From the NCBI GenBank assembly GCA_030167865.1, contig JALAGF010003958.1, forward strand, positions 1 through 49,410: a stretch of 49,410 bases of DNA, read 5' to 3'. The notes beneath the pieces were generated by a model. It was not told the origin of the DNA and searched no databases. It saw only the letters and a list, made by a program, of their open reading frames with translations. Of the stretch, positions 22,272 through 32,961 are shown piece by piece. This stretch comes from Craspedostauros australis (lineage: Eukaryota). Position 1 is the stretch's first letter. Each line of letters opens with the position of its first letter. The position numbers and the translations under genes were made by a program.

Positions 22272-25200
22272 CTATACAATCTCTGCCTCAGTATCGTGGG
22301 ACATGATGTTCGATGCATTCGTGTAGACGTTGTCGCCGTTCTTGGCCTTCTCCTCCTCTTCCAGCAAGATGAGACGCAGGCGTTGGGCTCTGTTTTCGCG
22401 GAAGTACCATGCCACCCCAGCCAGCATAATGGTCGTCACCAAAAGCCAGGCGATGGTGTTGAGCAGGAGGCTGTTGTACGGCATGACGCCTTCCTCGACG
22501 TTGCCTTGGTGTTCCTCAAGGTACTTGCCCCACGACTTTTCGACGTATACGTTGATCATGAGGAGCACGGCATCGAACGTCCCGTGCAGGAGCACGGCCG
22601 GGAGGATGATGCGGCCGACACCGATGCGATGTTTGTTGACAGTGGACAGCTCGACGAACTTGCGGTTCATGTTGACGCTTTGCATGGCGGCCGCGAGGGC
22701 GTGCACGGGAAAGAGGGAACGGAAGAGGAGGATGGCCCACTCATCCAGGACCGCGCTGTTGCGATCATCTATCGATGCGTCGGTGCTGCTTGCGCCGCCG
22801 AGAAGGAAGACGTACAGGAAATTTTCGGCGCACGCCAGTCCAACTGCCACGCAGATCATTCCGGTAGTGACGGCAGCGGCACGTTGGCGGTGCGTGCGTA
22901 CGTCAATCTCCTCCTCTTCCAAGGCTTCATCGTCATCGGGGCCTTGTCTGCTGCGATGCGATGCTCGGGAGCTGCCACTGACGGACACGTCGTCGTTCAT
23001 CATGTTGGTCTTTTGCACCTGGTGGGAGCTGAATGGGTACTTGACGAGACCGCCTTCCACAGCTCGGTCGTCGTTGTCATCGGCGTCCAGGCCTGTGAGG
23101 AAGAGCAGGTCGGGATGCTCGACGCATCGGAAGGTGTAGTACTTGCAGAGCTCTTCTGTCATGGCGGCGACGATGAAGGCATTGAGCAGCTCGCCCACAA
23201 CCCACAGCAAGTAGTAGTTTCTGGAAATGAGGGCCTCGAAATCATCCGGAAAGATGGCGCTGCCCAGGTTGAAACCCATCCAGATGATGGCGCCGATGAA
23301 GTTGACCGTGATGCCTTCGAAGAGGAATGCGGAGGGCATTGCGATCACGAACCCAGCCGCGAAGAATTTGATGACCGCATCTAAACTCAGATCGCTCTTG
23401 TGGAATATCCAGTAGGCGACGAAGATGACTGTGAAGCTTTGGAAAAATGTGGCTATCAGCACCACGGCATCGGGCCAATCGAAGGCAGAGTTGGGGTTGA
23501 AGACGAGGCTGATGATGATGGCCGAGCAGCACACGAAGAAAGTGGCAAGAATGTATCTGCTCAGGCGGCTCAGAGCATGGAAGTGGGGCATGATGCCCGA
23601 CTTCTTTCGCGACTTGCCGAGCCATCCCAACCGCAGATCGTTGACGACCTTTTGGTACTCCTGGAAGGGTTGGTGCGTGATGAAATCGATGCGCTGGTAC
23701 CTGGTGGGCACCAGCAGTCGGATCTCGCGCGCTTCTTGGGCCAAAGCGCATATCGACAGACACTGGCACCAGCACTTGCAGAGGAGCCCGCAGCAGCATG
23801 CCAGGAGGCCACTGAAAAATCGTGCGACGAAGTCATCATGACGCTGCCTCTTCTTCTTGTGCACCACCCCCACATCCGTGACTTCCACATCGTCATCGAC
23901 TTCGTACTCTTCCGCAGGTGGATCGATGGGGTAGCATCCGCATAATGTGTGGCTGCAGGCACCGTCGAATTGGTCTTCCCTGGTGTCATGAAACGCAACG
24001 CGCTTCGTCTCCAGCCCTGCCGATGCGTAGAAGAGATGATCCTCTTGGGCACGCGCTCTGACAATGTAATACCTCGTCCTCATTCGACGTCTGCGTCCAA
24101 GAATGCCCAAGACGATGAGGAACGCGATGAAGAGGGAGAGTCGCAATGTGCTGCCCAGATCGAGCGTGTAGTCTGCATCGTCCTGGTCAAAATCAGCCTG
24201 TTGCTGCAGTTTTCTGTTGTTTTTGTTTTTGTTATTGCCCTGTTCAAGATGACGATTGGGATTCCATTCCGTGGACTCTTGACGGTTCCATTCGGAGGAA
24301 AGATAATCAGATGCCGGTGCCCACAGCGCATCATTCATATCTCTGACTTTGAAGATGCCAACCTTGGGATGCCATGAACTTGGAGGGTAGGCCTCTAGCT
24401 GAGTTTCCGCCGCATATTCTCGAAGGAGTCTGTTGTCATCGTCTGCGCCGTAATATGCCGCGTAATCGTCATTGACTGCGCCGTCGTCATTGTTGTTGGC
24501 AGCATCGTCATTGTTATTGGCAGCGTCGTCATTGTTATTGGCAGCATCATCATTGTTATTGGCAGCATCGTCATTGTTATTGGCAGCATCGTCATTGTTG
24601 TTGGCAGCATCGTCATTGTTATTGGCGTCGTCATTGTTGTTGTTGGCGTCATCATTGTTGGCGTCGTCATTGTTAGCACCATCATCATTGTTTTGATTGG
24701 CAGCAGCATCATCGTCTGCGCCGTAATATGCCGCGTAGTCATCATTGGCTGCGGCGTCGTCGTTGTTGTTGGCATCATCGTTGTTGTCAAAGTAGTCATC
24801 ATTTTGATCATCATTGTTGTTGTAGTTTGCATCATCATTGTTGTTGTAGTATGCATCATCCTGATTCTGGTTGGCATCGTCGTTCGCGATGGCATCATCG
24901 TTGGCGTCTTGATCTTGCGCGTCGTCGTAACCATTGTTGTCGTAACCATCATCACCGTCCACAGAATCCTGCTGCTTCCAATCATCGCCGTAGTCGTATC
25001 CTTCGACAAAGTTCCCCGCGAGCGACGTGGATTCCGAATTGTTGCCAAAGCCAAAGATGATGAAGGTGAGGAAGATGAGGACCACAGTGAGGAGGAGGGC
25101 GTAGGCCACGATCCGACTGGGCAGCGTGCGACGAGCATGCGCTTTGCCCCATCTGACTCCGCGACGGTCATTGCGGATTTGCAGGAGGTATTCCGTGCGG

Positions 25201-26147
25201 TTGGACAGCACGAGACCGAAGCATCCGATGCTGGCGCAGACGAGTGATTCGTCTAGGAAGAGAGATTGGACGGAGGTGGAGAAGCCCCTGTAGCGCAGAA
25301 TGGTGCGATCGGCCAGACTGAGGCTGCTTGTGAAACCCGATTCGGAATCGTGCGATCGCACCCTCCGGCTGGGGAAGCCGGATTCAGTGGTGTCATCGTA
25401 GGAATCCTCCGAATCTTCATCGTCGTCCATAGCATGCGAGGAGAAGAAGAGCCTGCCGCTGATTCTGCTGGCGTGGCTGCTCTTGCTGTCCACGGAGAGC
25501 TGTCTGGCTTTGCGATCGAGGCGCTTGCCGGGCTGCGGCGGATTCTTGCCGGTCGATTCCGCAGCACCGGCAGTTGCTGTGGCAGCCCCGGCAGAGGTCT
25601 TCTTGGACGTCGTCTTTCTTTTGTCCGTCTTTCCTGATCTCCCCGCCTTCTGAGACTGCTGCTGCGCCGTGGTCCTCCTGGGTGACGCAACGGCCTGCTG
25701 GAGGAGACCATCGAGCACATCGCTGCCGTGGCGTTCAGCTGGGGAATCTGCGGCGGGGCTTCCACGGCCTGCCGCTCTCCTCCTGCGCTGCTTGGAGGCA
25801 GACGAAGTCTTCCTGGGGCTCTTGCCGCCACCTTGCGAGCTGTCGCGCTTGCCTGGTTCCTTGGAGCTGGGACGGCGGAAGAGGGATGTGATATTGCCTG
25901 TCAGGCTCTTGTGCTTTGGAGGCGATGTCACGAACTCGTCCGCTGTTGGGCTTGTTGGGCTTGTTGTGCTGGAACTTGTGTTTGCGCTGGCATTGACGCT
26001 GGTGTTGGCGCTGGCATTGGCACTAGCATCGACAGAATCGAGCGATGGAGGGATGTAGGGACTGTCAGTGGATGGCAAGTCCGAAGACGAATCTCTCTTG
26101 CCCTTCTTTCCCCGGCGTTTGTTCTTTCCACCTCCAGACGAAGACAT
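22272..26147 (-). CDS. Large polytopic membrane protein: Asn/Asp-rich loop, PLAC8-like Cys motif and C-terminal PrsW-family intramembrane protease domain
   Basis: 1291-aa single ORF. PrsW-type motifs AMTEELCK, GLACAEN, PVHA and LLHGTFD lie among multiple hydrophobic helices. CCCGLLCKCWCQCLSICALAQEAREI resembles the PLAC8 C-terminal motif. Confidence 0.82.
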   Translation of the reverse strand: MSSSGGGKNKRRGKKGKRDSSSDLPSTDSPYIPPSLDSVDASANASANTSVNASANTSSSTTSPTSPTADEFVTSPPKHKSLTGNITSLFRRPSSKEPGKRDSSQGGGKSPRKTSSASKQRRRRAAGRGSPAADSPAERHGSDVLDGLLQQAVASPRRTTAQQQSQKAGRSGKTDKRKTTSKKTSAGAATATAGAAESTGKNPPQPGKRLDRKARQLSVDSKSSHASRISGRLFFSSHAMDDDEDSEDSYDDTTESGFPSRRVRSHDSESGFTSSLSLADRTILRYRGFSTSVQSLFLDESLVCASIGCFGLVLSNRTEYLLQIRNDRRGVRWGKAHARRTLPSRIVAYALLLTVVLIFLTFIIFGFGNNSESTSLAGNFVEGYDYGDDWKQQDSVDGDDGYDNNGYDDAQDQDANDDAIANDDANQNQDDAYYNNNDDANYNNNDDQNDDYFDNNDDANNNDDAAANDDYAAYYGADDDAAANQNNDDGANNDDANNDDANNNNDDANNNDDAANNNDDAANNNDDAANNNDDAANNNDDAANNNDDAANNNDDGAVNDDYAAYYGADDDNRLLREYAAETQLEAYPPSSWHPKVGIFKVRDMNDALWAPASDYLSSEWNRQESTEWNPNRHLEQGNNKNKNNRKLQQQADFDQDDADYTLDLGSTLRLSLFIAFLIVLGILGRRRRMRTRYYIVRARAQEDHLFYASAGLETKRVAFHDTREDQFDGACSHTLCGCYPIDPPAEEYEVDDDVEVTDVGVVHKKKRQRHDDFVARFFSGLLACCCGLLCKCWCQCLSICALAQEAREIRLLVPTRYQRIDFITHQPFQEYQKVVNDLRLGWLGKSRKKSGIMPHFHALSRLSRYILATFFVCCSAIIISLVFNPNSAFDWPDAVVLIATFFQSFTVIFVAYWIFHKSDLSLDAVIKFFAAGFVIAMPSAFLFEGITVNFIGAIIWMGFNLGSAIFPDDFEALISRNYYLLWVVGELLNAFIVAAMTEELCKYYTFRCVEHPDLLFLTGLDADDNDDRAVEGGLVKYPFSSHQVQKTNMMNDDVSVSGSSRASHRSRQGPDDDEALEEEEIDVRTHRQRAAAVTTGMICVAVGLACAENFLYVFLLGGASSTDASIDDRNSAVLDEWAILLFRSLFPVHALAAAMQSVNMNRKFVELSTVNKHRIGVGRIILPAVLLHGTFDAVLLMINVYVEKSWGKYLEEHQGNVEEGVMPYNSLLLNTIAWLLVTTIMLAGVAWYFRENRAQRLRLILLEEEEKAKNGDNVYTNASNIMSHDTEAEIV
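24440..24960 (-). repeat. Coding tandem repeat (21-bp unit encoding NNNDDAA) within an Asn/Asp/Tyr-rich tract
   Basis: Repeated tcattgttattggcagcatcg units at ~24488-24680, flanked by two copies of DDYAAYYGADDD. Confidence 0.9.
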
Positions 26148-26316
26148 CCTTCTCTTCTCTTCACTGTCTCTGTATTGTGCTATTGTGCTATTGTGCTATT
26201 GTCCTTCTGTACTTCTGTATGATGGAGGTGACGTACAATGTCGTGGATCGATGGATCGATGAATGAGATGAATGACCTCAGCAATCAATGCGATGACAGA
26301 AATGATGCAGAGCAAT

Positions 26317-26360
26317 GATCAATGCAACGATCAATGCAACGATCAATGCAACGATCAATG
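26317..26360 (+). repeat. 12-bp minisatellite (gatcaatgcaac) x3.7 upstream of the PrsW-like gene
   Basis: Directly visible tandem copies. Confidence 0.9.
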
Positions 26361-27690
26361 TGATGGCCGTGAACACGCACGAACTGTTCTCTTTGTTGGT
26401 GATGTGCTGATGTTGTGGTGAATTGCAATGTGTCGTCCCATTAATGCTGCACTGGCAGTATACTATACTACTATACGAGTGCTCTGCGAATGCTTCCCAC
26501 GAAAGATTCAAACCCAAGAGAGTTCCTGTTTCATGTCTCGCTTCTTTGCTTCCCTTTTTTCGTCCTCACCTCCAATTGCGTTGCGTTGCATCGAATTGTG
26601 TTGTGTTGTCTCGCATCGCATTGGCTTCGTTCGCAAGATGCACTTCGCGGAGAGCAACACGACACTTCGTGGTTGTTCATGTGTGGTGTTGCGTTCTCGC
26701 GCAATTCGCCGACTCCAGAATCCAACCTCCCTCCAAAAGATGCGATGCTTGGCTGCACTCAGTCTTATCAACGGCGAGGACTTGTCACACCACTGTCGTA
26801 GAACAATAGTGAAAAAATAAGTCGCTTGGGCATCATTCATGCTTGATTATTATTTACAAAAAAATCATCCCTATTTGTGAATGTCACGCTCGCAGCTGTC
26901 ACGCCGCAATCTTGGCGACTGTTCGCGCATGTCGCGACGTCCGTGAATCCGTTGCACCATGTGGGTTTGTTGATCTGGCGAAAAGTTGATGTGGACTTGA
27001 AAGGGACTAACTTGTGTCGTACAAGACATGAGACAGATACATATGTGACACGGATATGCACGTTCAAACAACACAGGTTTCGCACAGTCTGATTGGACAG
27101 TTTCTGGCGAAACACGCTCAAACAAGATTCATTGTTTCAGGACTGGGGTACTTTCATAGTTCCATGGGATTTTCAGTCTTCTCCAACACGGAGAGAAACA
27201 GCGGTGTATCACCGACACGCAGGCCTTTTGAGCGTCAGCTGCGGTGGCATCACGATCACGCCGCAGTGAAAGAGTTGCGGTGTGACTTGGACAGGCTGAA
27301 TTTCATCAACCAACATCTGGGAGCTCCAACACTCGCTCGTATTCAGCTCCCTGGGTATCGACAGAGAGACCAAGAGCAGGCCAAGAGCAGAGAGAAAGGG
27401 CAACACCAGCAACGGCAACACCAGCAACGAGGAAGACGAAGCTGACATCAAGGGTGCTCCGCGTCTGCGTCTGCGTCTGTGTATGCGTCTGTGTATGCGG
27501 CTGCCTCTGCAACCATTCTATCATCAGAGAAACAGAGACCCCATTCGAATTGACCACCTGGCTAACTGCGAGAGCGGCGCCAACGAGATCACCCAGAGAG
27601 GTTCAGACCTTGGTGATCGCCGAGGGCCTCAGCGCGTGCACTCGGACGATCGGAATGGACAAAGGGGCGTCCTGCAGCAACCACACCACA

Positions 27691-30600
27691 ATGGACAGCG
27701 ACGACGAGCCGCCGCCGCTGCTGGAGGAGCAGGAGGAGATCATGGAGGTCCTCACGCCGGGAATGATGGACGTCTCCGGATGTCTGCACTGCCACGTCGA
27801 CTGCGCGGCCATTCAGGTTCGATGCGACGAATGCCAATCCTTCATCTGTCAGTCATGTCACTGGTGTCATGAATTTCAGGCCAACCACGAGATCAGGGTC
27901 TGCGACCGATGCGATGCCTTCTACTGCCGATCGTGCGACGAGATGGATCAGTGCGAGGATTGCGGGGAGGTCGTCTGCGCCTCCTGCTCCACCCTCCTCA
28001 GCTGCAAGTTCTGCGGATGCGGTCTCTGTGAAGAGTGCGCAACAGCCTGCGGTCGGTACGTCAACAACTTTGCATCTTGTGTCAAGCCTTTCCGTCACTG
28101 CGACTATACTCTCTATGTCTTGCAGAATGCTATGTTATACTTTGCGTTGCGTCTCTTCACGTTGCGTCGCTTCATGTTGTGATGAACATCGATATCAACA
28201 TCAAACGTCAGTTTCAACATCATCTCATTCCATCATCAACCATTCTTCGTCTTCTTCTTTCGATATGCATGGATCAACTTCTCCACTTTGCGGATTGACG
28301 GATTGGGGATCATGTATTACACTGCGATGGTGCTTGTCCGCCTTACTCGACCCCTCATTTTCACCTTTCAACGGCGTCGGCGGTATGGTCTACCCTTCGA
28401 ATGAAATCGTATCAACTCAATTCAACTCAACTCAACTTGATGTGGCGTCTCAAACGAAACCAATTCGCAATTGGGAAATATGCCACCGCTGGTGCCTGCG
28501 CCTTGATCTGGGGAAAATGTTGTATTCAAAATGGGGACGGCAATACGCATCGGACTCCATTCCACGATGAAATGCACTGAATTGGATCATCGGGTTTCAT
28601 TGTATTGCGCTGCATTGGATTCCATTGCATTGCATTGCACGGGACGGCCGACAACTCATGTCTGGACAACTATCGAACGCGGAATCAAACCAAACCAAAT
28701 ACGACAACTCGAACAGATGTGGCATCGTGCTCTGCAGCCGCGACGCGAAGTTTGCGGTCGACTGCGATACCTGCCGACTTTCCTACTGTTTGGTGTGCTT
28801 GGCGTCCGGCAGCAAAGATCCCTGCGTGCGATGCGGTCACCGCCCGTCGAAGAGGATGGAACAGCTGGTGCATTTGCGCTTGAAGAGCATATACAAGGCC
28901 TTCACGCAGACATCCAACGGCCAAGCCAACGTACCCAACATACCACCCAAGTCCTTCGCCATGGGTTCGCCACACAATTCAGACGATGAAGATGATCCAA
29001 AGATGCTCCTCAAAGCCGCGACGGCAGCAGCGTCGTCAGGATCCAAACAATTGCCCAATGTACCGCTCGCATCCGCAGCATCCAACGCCATTATGCGACA
29101 GAATGCCAATTCGCATCCAGCGCACAACCAGCATCAGCATCAACATCATCACAATCAGCACGCTAATCAATATCATCATCAAGCCAACACGTACCACAAT
29201 CAGTATCACCATCAAGCCAACACGTACCACAATCAGTATCACCACCAGCAACACCATCGCCATCACCACCAGCAACATCAGCAGCATAGCCAGCATCAGC
29301 ACGACATTGCCGCCAAGCAAATGATCGACAGGTATATGCAGGAGAAACGGAGGGCGGACGCAGCTGCTGAGGCTCTGCTGGCAGAACTCGACGAAGAGGA
29401 AGAGGCTATCAAATCGAAAAAGTCAAAAAAGAAGAAAAAGAAAGAACGGCAGCAAGCGCGCAAAGATGAGGAGGAACGCAAGAAGAGAGAAGAGCAACAG
29501 GCGGAGCAAAGGGCAGTGGAACAGGCTGCCGCAGCAGCGGCTGCTGCAAAGGCCGCGGCGAAGACGTCGAATGCGAATCACTCAGACCATGCGGACCAAC
29601 AACAGCAACCGAAGGGATCATCCAAGAAGTCAAAAAAGAAGAAACACAAATCCAGAGCCAAGAATGGAGTGAACAAATCAATGGGGGTAAATGCAACAGC
29701 GGGTGCCGGCGATGGCAAAATAGACGGGTATGATGTCCAATCGCAGGTCGATGTCCCAAAGGCGATGAAGGCATCAGCAACAGCAGACGGCGCAGACTGG
29801 CATGACAACTCCATCCAGAACGAGAAGTCTGATAACAGCTCAACAGCGGCATCGGTCGCTGACCTCTCCCGTACCGACGATGATGATTCCTTCAAATCGG
29901 ATGTCGTTGATCCAATGGAGGAGAAACTACGCGAATGCATCGAAAGCGAAGATATCGCGGGTCTGGAAGCTGTCATGGATTCCATCCGAGGAGTCCCCGG
30001 GAAGGCTGCATTGCGAAAGAATGGCAAGAAGGCACTCAGACGACTGCGCCAAGCCAGGGATGAGATCTTGGCACAAGAGCATCAGCAGCAGCAACAGCAA
30101 CAGCAACAACAGTATTATCAGCATGAAGGCAAGAATGCAGGCAAGTCATATCCGTCACAGTCCAACGCGGACGGAACGGCACATGAATCCAAGAACAGAA
30201 GCGAATACGAGAACAGACCGCGCAAGTTTGTGAACAGGCGGTACGATCACGTGGAGGCCATTTTGACATGCGAACAGCGTTTCGTACCGCTGCTGATCGG
30301 GCGCAGAGGATGGACGGTCAAGCAGATCCAGGACTCGAGCGGCGCACGCATTGATATCGATCAGACGGTGGATCCTCGAAAGATCAAGATCTCTGGTTCC
30401 GCTTCGAGCGTGGAAGTTGCCACTCGTTACGTGCAGGATGTGTTGAATTATCCGCTAGCGCAGCAACAAGGCCAGGAACACAGAGAAATGAGCATCTCAG
30501 ATGCACTCGCCGCAACGCAACGCAAGCTGCTGTCTGAAGCACAGCGCAGCGGCAATCCGACCGTCGACGGCACAAAGAACAATCCCAGAGCGAGCAGCGG

Positions 30601-32239
30601 CGGCAGCAGCAGCGGCAAAGTCAGCAGTGGGCATAACACAGCTTCCAGCTCAAGCGTCGGTGCCAATGGCAGCGTTAATGCCAACGCTACTGTGGCGCCG
30701 AGCAAAAACAATGACGACAAGAATATTGTCGGCAAGAGTGATGGCAATGTCGATATCAGCAGTCACAACTACGTCCTGAACAAGGCCGCAGCACCGCGCA
30801 AAGCGGCAACTTCGGCACCAACGCCAGCGCAAGCGCAAACACCGGAAACTCAACCCGCTGCCATTATCAGCAACAGAAACAGCAGCAGTAGCAGCAGTAA
30901 TATCACAGCCAACGCGGCGCTATTTGCTGGTTCAGGCGGCATCAGCGATGCGAATGTTATCAACACGATGGTGGCCGATGATAAATCAGATCTACCGTCT
31001 GCACCGATGCCACAGCCAAAGCCACAGGCATTATCGCTGCCGCTGCCGCTGCCGCTGCCACCGAATGAAACGAGGCAGGACAGTATTACCCTGCCGACTC
31101 CGCCGGCCGGCAATCCCAATCCTGTGCAGCAGGTACCGCTTCCGTCGCACATTGCTGACCATCAACGACTTGGCGCTGTGATGGCTCATGTAACAGGGTA
31201 CCCCCAATCCAGAGGTGGCCCGCAGCAAGTACCAAGCGCTCAAATGCACTCACATGCCAATGTCCCGCTCGACGCGTTGGGACAGCCATCACAGTTTGAC
31301 AACGACGGCGCATATGTCACCGGATTGCCAAGATTCAATCCTCCCCCACCAACGGGTCACACCTACGCGCCGCAGCCATCACACGGATACGGCATGCACG
31401 GTCATCCGGGCCCTGCGTTCGTTGCGCCTCCATCGCACCTCAATATACATAGCGGCGGTCTCAACGCGCATAGACTTCCCACACAGAACGGTCACGTTGC
31501 AGCACCTGGACTGCATGGACTTGAGCAAAGCAACCCGCACCCAAACAGTCATCAGTTCCACAGGCATACTCCTGCCCATCAGATCAGCCAAGGACACGTG
31601 GACAACACCCTGAACATCCATAATCTGGCCAATCTGCCCAAATCTGTGCCAGGTCGCAATGATCTCTTACCAACCGGTTTTCAAGTACCGCAGCCGCCAA
31701 AGCCCGCTGCCGTGAATCATAACCTATGGGACAACAGTGTTGCTGCACCCAGTAACGGAACCCGAGATGCCTTCGGCGCATCCACCGGCGGTCATCCAGT
31801 ACGCAGCACCATTTCGCCAGTGCCGCTTGGATTTGATGTGCATACAGGACTTTCGAACCTCACCGGTGACGCGTCCGGAGTTGCACGCCCTGCAGCAGCG
31901 GAGGACTCCAAAATCGTCGACAGCATGTTTGGACCCGCCGCTGGTGAGAGCGGAGGCAACAATGGCGCAACCGGAGGAGGGTCGAGTTCGTTGCTCGATG
32001 GCCTAAACGGGCTATCACTGGAACAACCCGCCGCAAGTGGGATTTGGGGATTAGACATGGGCCTGGGTCTGACCGGAGGTTTGAATCCACACGCAGGGCC
32101 TTCATCGGCCGCATCCAAAGGCAGGGCGGAGATCATGCTCGAGCAGGCCCTGCTTCCGGGACTTTCCGATCTGATGAAATCCTCCCCAAACATACAGCAA
32201 CCGACTGGTTCCAGATATGGCTGGGAGGCCTCCTCGTAG
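27691..32239 (+). CDS. Cys-rich (multi-CxxC) coiled-coil KH-domain RNA-binding protein; exons 27691-28055 and 28717-32239
   Basis: Donor GTACGT at 28056 and acceptor CAG ending at 28716 join ..CATACGR-CGIVLCSRD.. in frame. KH motif VPLLIGRRGWTVKQIQDSSGARIDID (GxxG loop). The start may instead be the ATG at 27655. Confidence 0.82.
29177..29242 (+). repeat. Exact 33-bp in-frame tandem duplication (HQANTYHNQYH x2)
   Basis: catcaagccaacacgtaccacaatcagtatcac occurs twice back to back. Confidence 0.92.
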
Positions 32240-32961
32240 CACCCCGATGCATCTGCCAACGCGTACCCATGCTGCCCTCCGCCCGCCTTCCTCTTTTTTT
32301 AATCGTACCCCTCAAAGGTGCTCGGATTTCGGACGAGCGAATCGGTTTTCCCTTCGTCAACATCGCAAAACGACTTCAATCAAGATGGGAGAGACTCGAA
32401 TTACAATTACGAATACAATGGTGAAGAAATTGCACCGACTTATCACACCCTCGGCTAAAACAACAGCAGCAGCAACAACAACACAGCGGCTGTATTTAAC
32501 TTCCGATGGAGCGAGACCATGGGAGAAGGAGAGAGAGAGAGAGATTACTTTGGTAAGACTTCGTACTGTTTACGTGAAGTTGACGTCATTCATCCATGCA
32601 AAGCTCGAACTGCGACATACTGGTTACGTGCCGTGGTTCTGCTTCATGGAAGCGTCTCTCTTTCTCTCCAATCGGAAACAACAGTTAACATGTTCAATAC
32701 TCTACAATTACTCTCGTTTGTGTGCACCATGCCTGCTATTATTCTCCGTTGACGTGATACGGAAATCTACTCGTGCTACTCGTAGTATGAACTGCTTAAT
32801 TCTCTCTGGGTATGGATGAACGGCAGACACGTATCCTGCCTCTCCGGCTACATCATCCGTTCCCAGAATGGGATCATCGTCACCCGGAGCGTGATTTGCA
32901 CCTATTTTGTCCTCATGACACGGCCATTCATGCCATCTATTAAGTTTCAATCCCTCTCCAT

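Noticed and set aside
16145-23384. Long antisense ORFs such as 16145-17131 and 22245-23384
   Set aside because: They lie opposite well-supported genes and are expected by-products of GC3-rich codon usage.
24488-24680. CRISPR-like appearance of regularly repeated 21-mers
   Set aside because: The units are contiguous with no unique spacers and are in-frame coding repeats in a eukaryotic gene.
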